Of a stretch of 56,513 bases of DNA, positions 49,865 to 56,513 are shown piece after piece. This DNA comes from Chiloscyllium plagiosum. Its lineage: Eukaryota. The notes beneath the pieces were generated by a model. That model saw only the letters and a list, made by a program, of their open reading frames with translations. It did not search any database and was not told the DNA's origin. The stretch is from positions 92,088,039-92,144,551 of the forward strand of contig NC_057718.1 in NCBI RefSeq assembly GCF_004010195.1. Reading direction: 5' to 3'. The translations under genes were made by a program, and so were the position numbers. The first letter of the stretch is position 1; each line of letters begins with the position of its first letter.

Positions 49865-50240
49865 TGGCATGGTTGACATTGCTGCCTCACAGCGCCAGGG
49901 ACCAGGGTTGAATTCCAGCCTTGGGTGATTGTTTGTGTGGAATTTGCACATCCTCCCCCTGTCTGTGTAGGTTTCCTCCAGGTGCTCCAGTTTCCTCCCA
50001 CAATCCAAAGATGTGCAGGTTAGGTGGATTGGCCATGCTAAATTACTCATAGTGTCCAGGGATAGGCTCGGTGGATCATTCAGGGAAATGCAGGGTTGTA
50101 GGAAATAATATTTTGGGGTGGGGAAGGGAATGGGCCAGGGTTAGGTCTGGGTGAGATGCACTTTAGAGAAACATTGCAGACTTGATTGGCCGAGTGGCCT
50201 GCTTCTGCACTGTCGGGATTCAATGATATGATTCTATGAT
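49865..50240 (+). mobile_element. HE1-like SINE
   Basis: gctgcctcacagcgccaggg...caaagatgtgcaggttaggtggattggccatgctaaatt...gattctatgatt tail. Confidence 0.9.
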
Positions 50241-50921
50241 TCCTTTTGTGTAGATACATCTTTGCTTAAGAAACATGTTCCAACTGCTTGCTGTCTCCAT
50301 GTCAGTGTTAGTCTGTATTGGTCTGCATTGTGAGCAAAGCATGTTATCAACTCTTTTGAGTTCCTCTACTGAAGTTCATGTGCTGGGGTCAAAACTAGGA
50401 GGTGAGCCCACTTTGACCAGTGGTGGGACCTGAGACATGTTCAAAGCAGTGGTCTAATAAGTGGTTGTTGCTGGGAGCCCTGTCCCAATTAATGATGATG
50501 ACCAGACACCTTGAGCCAATGGTCCAATTAAACGGTCCAGTGCTCAGCAGTGCCACTACTCACTTGTGGTCCATGGAGTGTCCATTATGGGGATCCCCTA
50601 CCTCCATAGGTCTGCTGGAAACCTGGCAGAGTTCATCCACAGGGCTGGGGTGGCCCCTGAATTGCCATTAAATTGTAGGAAGATTGTTGCACTTACCTGC
50701 TCTCCACCCATACCAACCCCTCCCCCCCCCCCCCCATCCCCACCCCCATACTGGCAAAACCATCAGGCAACTCATCCACCCGCCAACTCAACCATTATCT
50801 CACTCCTACCTGCTGCCATCTCACCAAAAGGAGTGTAAAATTCAAGCCACAGAATTAGTATTTCAGGTCAATGATATTTCTTCAAAACTTTTAACTTTTT
50901 CCAGTTTTGGTGGAAAGTCAT

Positions 50922-51455
50922 TGAAATAACTGCACACAGGCCGATATCCTGTCACCAGGTTACCCTATATCTACTTGTGCACAATACATGGACTCTGTCC
51001 AGCCAGCTCAAAGTCAGTCCATAGATGAGGATACCTTATGAATCTCCTGTTTATCCTTTTTCCTCCTTCTCTCTCACTGGCTGTGGGCCAGCTAGTCCCA
51101 GAATCAGTTCCCCCTTCTCCTGAAGCAATCAAGAGGAGAGTCCTTCTCACACACACTGGTCCAGCTCCCTCAGAGCCAGCTCTCAGAGTGAACAAAACCT
51201 CTGACATTCTTGTTTTTTTAATTTAACCCCCACACTACCGCCTAATCACAGTAGTGCTTATTCTTTCCCCAGCACCCATGTTGTGTGTGTGTACAGGTGT
51301 GGGACACAGTGAAAGACACAAGGTGCACAAATCTTTATTCGAATCTCCTGTTTATATCAGTCAGCCAAGCCTCCCTGATTGGCTCAGTTTAACAGCCCTA
51401 ATCAAGGATCTCATAGTCAATGAGATCCCCCCTGGCCATGGTTCCAATCTCTACA
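50922..51455 (-). mobile_element. Solo LTR related to the 9031-15697 Gypsy family, with an internal ~290-bp insert
   Basis: tgaaataact...tatcctgtcacca...ctctaca; perfect 5-bp TSD gtcat at 50917-50921 and 51456-51460. Confidence 0.88.
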
Positions 51456-53189
51456 GTCATTAACCTGCTTCACTATCTACACATGCTTTCTGACCTGCCA
51501 AACACATCTGACTTTTTTTTGTTTTTAACCAAGATATTAACTCTGCTGACAATTTGAATACGATGAATCTTAGACATGCATCAGGTTCTCACAACAGGCC
51601 ACATACAGCAAACATTTCATTTACTGGCACCCATGGGAACAGGAGTGTGCTGGTGATCAAGAGGTCCATATATTCAATGTAAGAACACACACTAAGAAAT
51701 AGAAATATAATGCATAGAGTATCACTATTATACTTAATTACAGCATAAATAGCTAAAATAATAACACAACTTTGCCATAAATGAAACTTTCTGGCAGAGA
51801 GCCTTCTTACTCGCACCGTTAACTCACTAAGCAGGCATCATGGAGATTACAATAATACAGTAAGCTTCCAGTATTTCCAGTATATAATTGTTAGTTTATC
51901 AAAGGGCTAGAACTGGTAAAAACAAAGTTTTGCCATATTAACTTAACTGAGCTGTTTGAAGCACGTACAAATTCATGATCCTGCTTGTTTATGATTAATC
52001 CAACATTCTATACACATTGAGAATGCGTCTTGCGGGGTTGTTTGATAACAACTGAATTGCATTCCTCCAAATTTTTGGTGTTCAACCTATTTGATGAGAA
52101 TATTGATTCACTATTCAATGTCAAAAACAGTCTAGTGAGAGGGGAGGGGGAGAGAGAGGGAGAGAGACAGTCTCTCTGTTCTCTGCAGTCAAACTCACAT
52201 CTACCTGCAGAAAATCGGTTTTAGCTTGCTGCAACAGTTGTGAGCTGTGCCTTCAAACTAACATGTCAAAGACTTTTTTTTATGTGTGAACCCGGCCTTT
52301 TTGTGTCTCTTATTAACCAGTGAAAGCATCTGGAGAAAGATGACTAAAGCCAGGCAGTGGCCAGCAGAACAGTCACAAAGTTAATCTCAGCAACAGAATA
52401 TAGAAGCAAAGACAACTAGATTTCCAGTGTTTCCCCTCTGTCCATAACCTAATTTACCCTGCCTGTGTGCTAGTAAGAGGGATTTGAAAAGAGGATTTGC
52501 GTTTTAATTACTAATATTTTGCTAACAGTTTATACATATTCACCTGTCAGTAGAGTCTTCTTACTTGTAGTAAATAGTGATTCTTGTACTGTACAGAAGT
52601 TTTCTATCAAATGGCTCTGAATATCAGGTGAACTTTGCTTACTTTATTATATATTTAATGTTTGTTTCAACTTTGGGAATAAATTCTATAGTGTTTGAAG
52701 GAGTTTATTGAGATGGAGTAGCATGGCAAGGGAGGGGTAGGGTTGTAAATATATAATTCATGGTTTATGTATTTTCTATAAACTTTAGTTTTGCAAATTG
52801 AATTTGAACTTATGAAAATGCAATAAATGCAACTGCAGCACATGGAGGGGTATCACAATTAGAAGGATGGGGTTATGTTGCTTTAAGAGACCAATGGCTG
52901 CAAAGGAAGGATCTGAAACAGTTGCTGGTCTTGCTGAGTAGGAGGCATGGTGTCCTCACAGCTTTCACTTACACAGTCCAGGGAAGTCCTTTGTTTTATG
53001 AGTTAAAAGTAAGTTAGTCAAAAGCATTCGGTCAACTCTGAGAGGGCGTACACCCCATTCACTCCATCAGATCAACGGCAAATCTGTAAATACAGAATAC
53101 TTAATCTAAAATTCTGGCTAAAGATAGCTTAGAACAGGCTACATGGAGGTGAGTAGAGTTTAGAAAGATGATCAGGTTTCAATTGATGT

Positions 53190-54009
53190 GTGGGTTTGCT
53201 GAGAGAGGGGTTAATTGTCACTTGAAGCTGAGAGAGCGTTGGAACCAACTTAGCGAACCAACCCAAGCATGCAGGTATTTTAAATGATTCTGAAGGCAAA
53301 TGGAATGTTGTTGCTTATTACAAGGAGAATTACATTTAAAAGAAATGAAATTTTGCTGCAGATGTATAGTGAGACCACATTTACATTTAGTTTTGGTCTG
53401 CTCAATTTAGAAAGAAACAGAATGCAATAGAAAGAGCTCCGAGATGTGCACTCATTTGATTTCTGGGATGAAGGGATTTTCTTACAAGGTATGTTTGGGC
53501 CAGTTAGAATGATGTGCTTTGGAGTTTAGAAGACTGAGAGATGATCTTGTTGAAAAAGTAAGATTCTGAGAGGACTTGACAAGGTAGATACTAAAATGAT
53601 GTTGCTCCTTGTGGGAGAGCTTAGAACTAAGTTGCATAATTTTAAAACATGTTGTCTCCCTCTTACCATGGAGATGAGGAGAATTTTTTTCCCGAAGAGA
53701 AAACTGTGAAAGTTTCTTTACAAGAGACTAATATAAGCTGGGTAATTGAACATTTTAAAGGCACTTTTTAGAAGACTGAGAGATGATCTTGTTGAAAAAG
53801 TAAGATTCTGAGAGGACTTGACAAGGTAGATACTAAAATGATGTTGCTCCTTGTGGGAGAGCTTAGAACTAAGTAGCATAATTTTAAAACATGTTGTCTC
53901 CCTCTTACCATGGAGATGAGGAGAATTTTTTTTCCCGAAGAGAAAACTGTGGAAGTTTCTTTACAAGAGACTAATATAAGCTGGGTCATTGAACATTTTA
54001 AAGGCACTT
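53190..54009 (+). mobile_element. Old CR1 3' fragment
   Basis: gaaggcaaatggaatgttg...ttgctgcagatgtatag...gagtttagaagactgagagatgatcttgttgaaa...gagatgaggagaattttttt. Confidence 0.75.
53525..54009. repeat. Near-identical 242/243-bp tandem duplication
   Basis: 53525-53766 vs 53767-54009; I count about three substitutions and one indel. Confidence 0.95.
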
Positions 54010-54019
54010 AGCTTAGGTA

Positions 54020-54560
54020 TATTAGATTTTAGATTTATTTAATATTGTCACTTGTACCCAGGGTACAATGAAAAGTGTATAATGTTGCCATTTTGGGTAA
54101 TAGAGCAAATTACTAAATAAATTGTATAAATTGTAAAATATTTAATAAATTAATATTAAATTGATGTCACTGAAGCTGAAACAGCTTCCAAAGTTCACCT
54201 TTCCCTTTCCGTGGTCTTCAATTCTCTGCTCCTCCAATCAACAGCATCCAATATCAGCCCCAGAGGTCCTGCCAATGTGCTGCTGCCCTACTGCAATTGG
54301 CGCTGTCACTTCTGCGTCTGCCACCTCCGAGCTGGAGGCATTCAGTGGTGTGCGGGACTTGCACCTCCTCCAACACTACCACCCAAGGTGGAGCAGGAAG
54401 GGGCCCTGACCTCCCACAGGAGGCCCTCAGGAGGAGGTCGCAGGGCAGCCAAAAATAAACACACTTGCTCAAGCTACAGAGCTGGAAAGAAGTGAGTCAA
54501 AGGTGACAGAGGGTAGGCAGGAATGTGCAGCTGAGGACACGAGCAAATCAGGCTCAAAAA
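54020..54560 (-). mobile_element. Non-autonomous retroposon with a Rex1-like tail (related to 38302)
   Basis: (tagatt)n...attgtcacttgtacc...gtacaatgaaaagtgtataatgttgcca; the far boundary is uncertain. Confidence 0.45.
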
Positions 54561-54639
54561 GGCCAAGCCTCTCTTCTAATTCATGTGTTTGTATGTTCAC
54601 TTGTAGATTTCTAGTTATAAGATTGATATTCATTACTTG

Positions 54640-54782
54640 GCACTTGTATAGCGCAAATATTGTTCGCTACTGATCAGCACAAGCCTGGATGTTGTCTGGG
54701 TCTCACTGTATATGAGCATAAACTGCTTCACCATTTGAGGAGTTGTGAATAGTGTTGAACGTATGCAATCATCATTCCCCCT
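54640..54782 (-). mobile_element. CR1-group LINE RT fragment
   Basis: caagcctggatgttgtctgggtc...ctgcttcaccatttgaggagttgtgaatagtg resembles the post-ADD RT region. Confidence 0.5.
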
Positions 54783-56349
54783 TTTAACATTTGTTTCAAT
54801 ACGAGTAAGAACAGCAGGATTTACTAAGTTTTAAGTTCTAAGAATTATGAAGTACTGTAGGAAAAGATCTCAAATCTACAGCTTTCGGTTTTTTCCCCCC
54901 CCGTCATTTCTTTCTTCAAACGTATTTGTGAAAATGCCACACATTACGGCTCAACTTTGACATCACACAGATTGCAATTCAGATTAGATTCTTGCAATTA
55001 AGTACATAAAGTGCTTCGTTACTCTTGCTGTCACAATTATATTCACAAAATGCATTTATATTTGATGTCAAGTATCCTCTGTTGTGTATATCCTAAGGGG
55101 TTTTAAACGGTTTCCAGTCCCTCAGTGTATGCAAGTGTGAGGGTCTTACACAGTGCCCTTTACCCATTGACCCTTCACAGCACTGGCCCCAAGCTTTAGC
55201 GCTTTCTCACTACACGGTCCTGACTGTTAGAAAGTGTTCATCTTCTACAGTCAGTCATCAACAACTCTTTGTTTTGGAAGAGTTGCAAGTGTTGGGAGAA
55301 AATCAAAATGCATCCTTTATAAGTTGTGGGAGCTCCCAGTTCCTTTTCTATGAATCTGTGGTGTGAGCAAGTAATCGATTCAATATCAGCTTGATGCTGG
55401 AATTTGTCTTCAGGCTAGTGTTAAGATTTCCACCTCTGAGTTAGACTGAGTTATAAGGTTCCAAATTGCAATGCCAACAGTCTTGGTAAATGACAACTCG
55501 AGCTCCAAGCTGTGTGGAATTCATGTCCCAGTGTACAGTGGATGCTGGGACTTTGGGTAAGCACAAATGCTTACATCATCTGCAGCTCCTAAATCAGGCA
55601 AGATTTTAGATGAGAGGTTAGCAAGCTGTAAGAAAGGTGATGAGGGAAGGCAATACCATCATTTTCTGCTCAATGATTGACCATGATCTCAGCAAAGACA
55701 ACTTCAATCACCGTTTTCTCCATGGGAGCTAAGATATGCTGTTGGGTTTGACCTCTTCTGGTTAATTCCTGCTGCATTGGAGTCTACACCACTTTCTTCT
55801 GCAGGAGAGGAGGAAGTGTGTTGGTGAGTGTCATGCAATCTGTTTGGCCAAAGTGGCTGTCATTGGTGTACCCCGTGCCTTAGTAGAGCTTAAGAATTTT
55901 CAGCTTTCAATGGAAGCGACCAAACTGCCTAGTGCACTGAACAATTGAAAATAAAGAACTAAAGTTGACAGTTCTCCTGGTGTATCTGTGTTTTTCTAGT
56001 TAAGGAAGTTTGCAGGATTGTTCTCCAGGCTGACCTGTTGATCATGATCTCAGCCATGACAATGGAGGATGTTGACAACTGTCCTCCAGAGGTTAAGGAG
56101 CAGAATGCTAATGAACACTTAGCACTTATGGCCATTGTCCATTGACCATCTGAATATGGAGATATCAAAATGGCAAAAGAATCATGAACCACTGCAATAT
56201 CCCATGATCAGACAATCTACTCAAAATAACCTTTCAAGATTCACATGTGAATAAAATCTAGTTGAGCCATAATTAGTACCCATGGAACTGCACCCCACAA
56301 AGATATCTTCAGAACAAGAGCAGGGAAATTGGCAAGTGGGAGAACTGGG

Positions 56350-56513
56350 CTGAAAAATGTGTTGCTGGAAAAGCGCAGCAGGTCAGGCAGCATCCAAGGA
56401 GCAGGAGAATCGACGTTTCAGGCATAAGCCCTTCTTCAGGAATGAGGAGGGTGTGCCAAGCAGGCTAAGATAAAAGGTAGGGAGGAGGGACTTGGGGGAG
56501 GGGCGTTGGGAAT
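56350..56513 (-). mobile_element. Penelope-like element 3' end (family A), cut by the window edge
   Basis: Same layout as 23312; CpG sites are retained. Confidence 0.85.
56407..56444 (-). ncRNA. Minimal hammerhead ribozyme motif with an intact core
   Basis: Minus strand: cattc-CTGAAGA-agggc-ttat-gcct-GAAA-CG-TC-gattc; the ACGT palindrome is intact and stem I is weak. Confidence 0.72.

Noticed and set aside
50390..50850. Possible Harbinger-type MITE (similar-looking stretches near 28660-29000, 41665-41870 and 48230-48400)
   Set aside because: It is suggestive (gtaaaattcaagcc end, ccaattaa motifs), but I could not define paired TIRs or TSDs by eye.

Overview
This is eukaryotic DNA dominated by repeats. 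The repeat families (HE1/V-SINE-like SINEs, HER1/CR1 LINEs, Deu-domain SINEs, Penelope-type ends) point to a cartilaginous fish, most likely a shark; this was inferred from pattern recognition, not a database search. I found no host exon, intact ORF, rRNA gene or tRNA gene, so the window looks intronic or intergenic. Main contents: (1) a structurally complete but decayed minus-strand Gypsy (Mag/K02A2.6-like) LTR retrotransposon at 9031-15697, with both LTRs, PBS, PPT, a 5-bp TSD and four nested SINE/LINE insertions; (2) three solo-LTR-like inserts with TSDs (21562-22951, 24427-24874, 50922-51455); (3) many CR1 fragments, including a 2.6-kb ORF2 remnant at about 29680-32271; (4) about ten HE1-like SINEs plus three other SINE families; (5) Penelope-like element ends from several families carrying minimal hammerhead-ribozyme cores, three of them arranged as small fold-back (hairpin) mini-elements; (6) a long inverted repeat with CTCF-like motifs, a recent 242-bp tandem duplication, and a minisatellite spanning a 917-N assembly gap. 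The hammerhead-containing fold-back mini-elements are the most interesting signal. Family names come from recalled consensus features and need confirming with RepeatMasker/Dfam.
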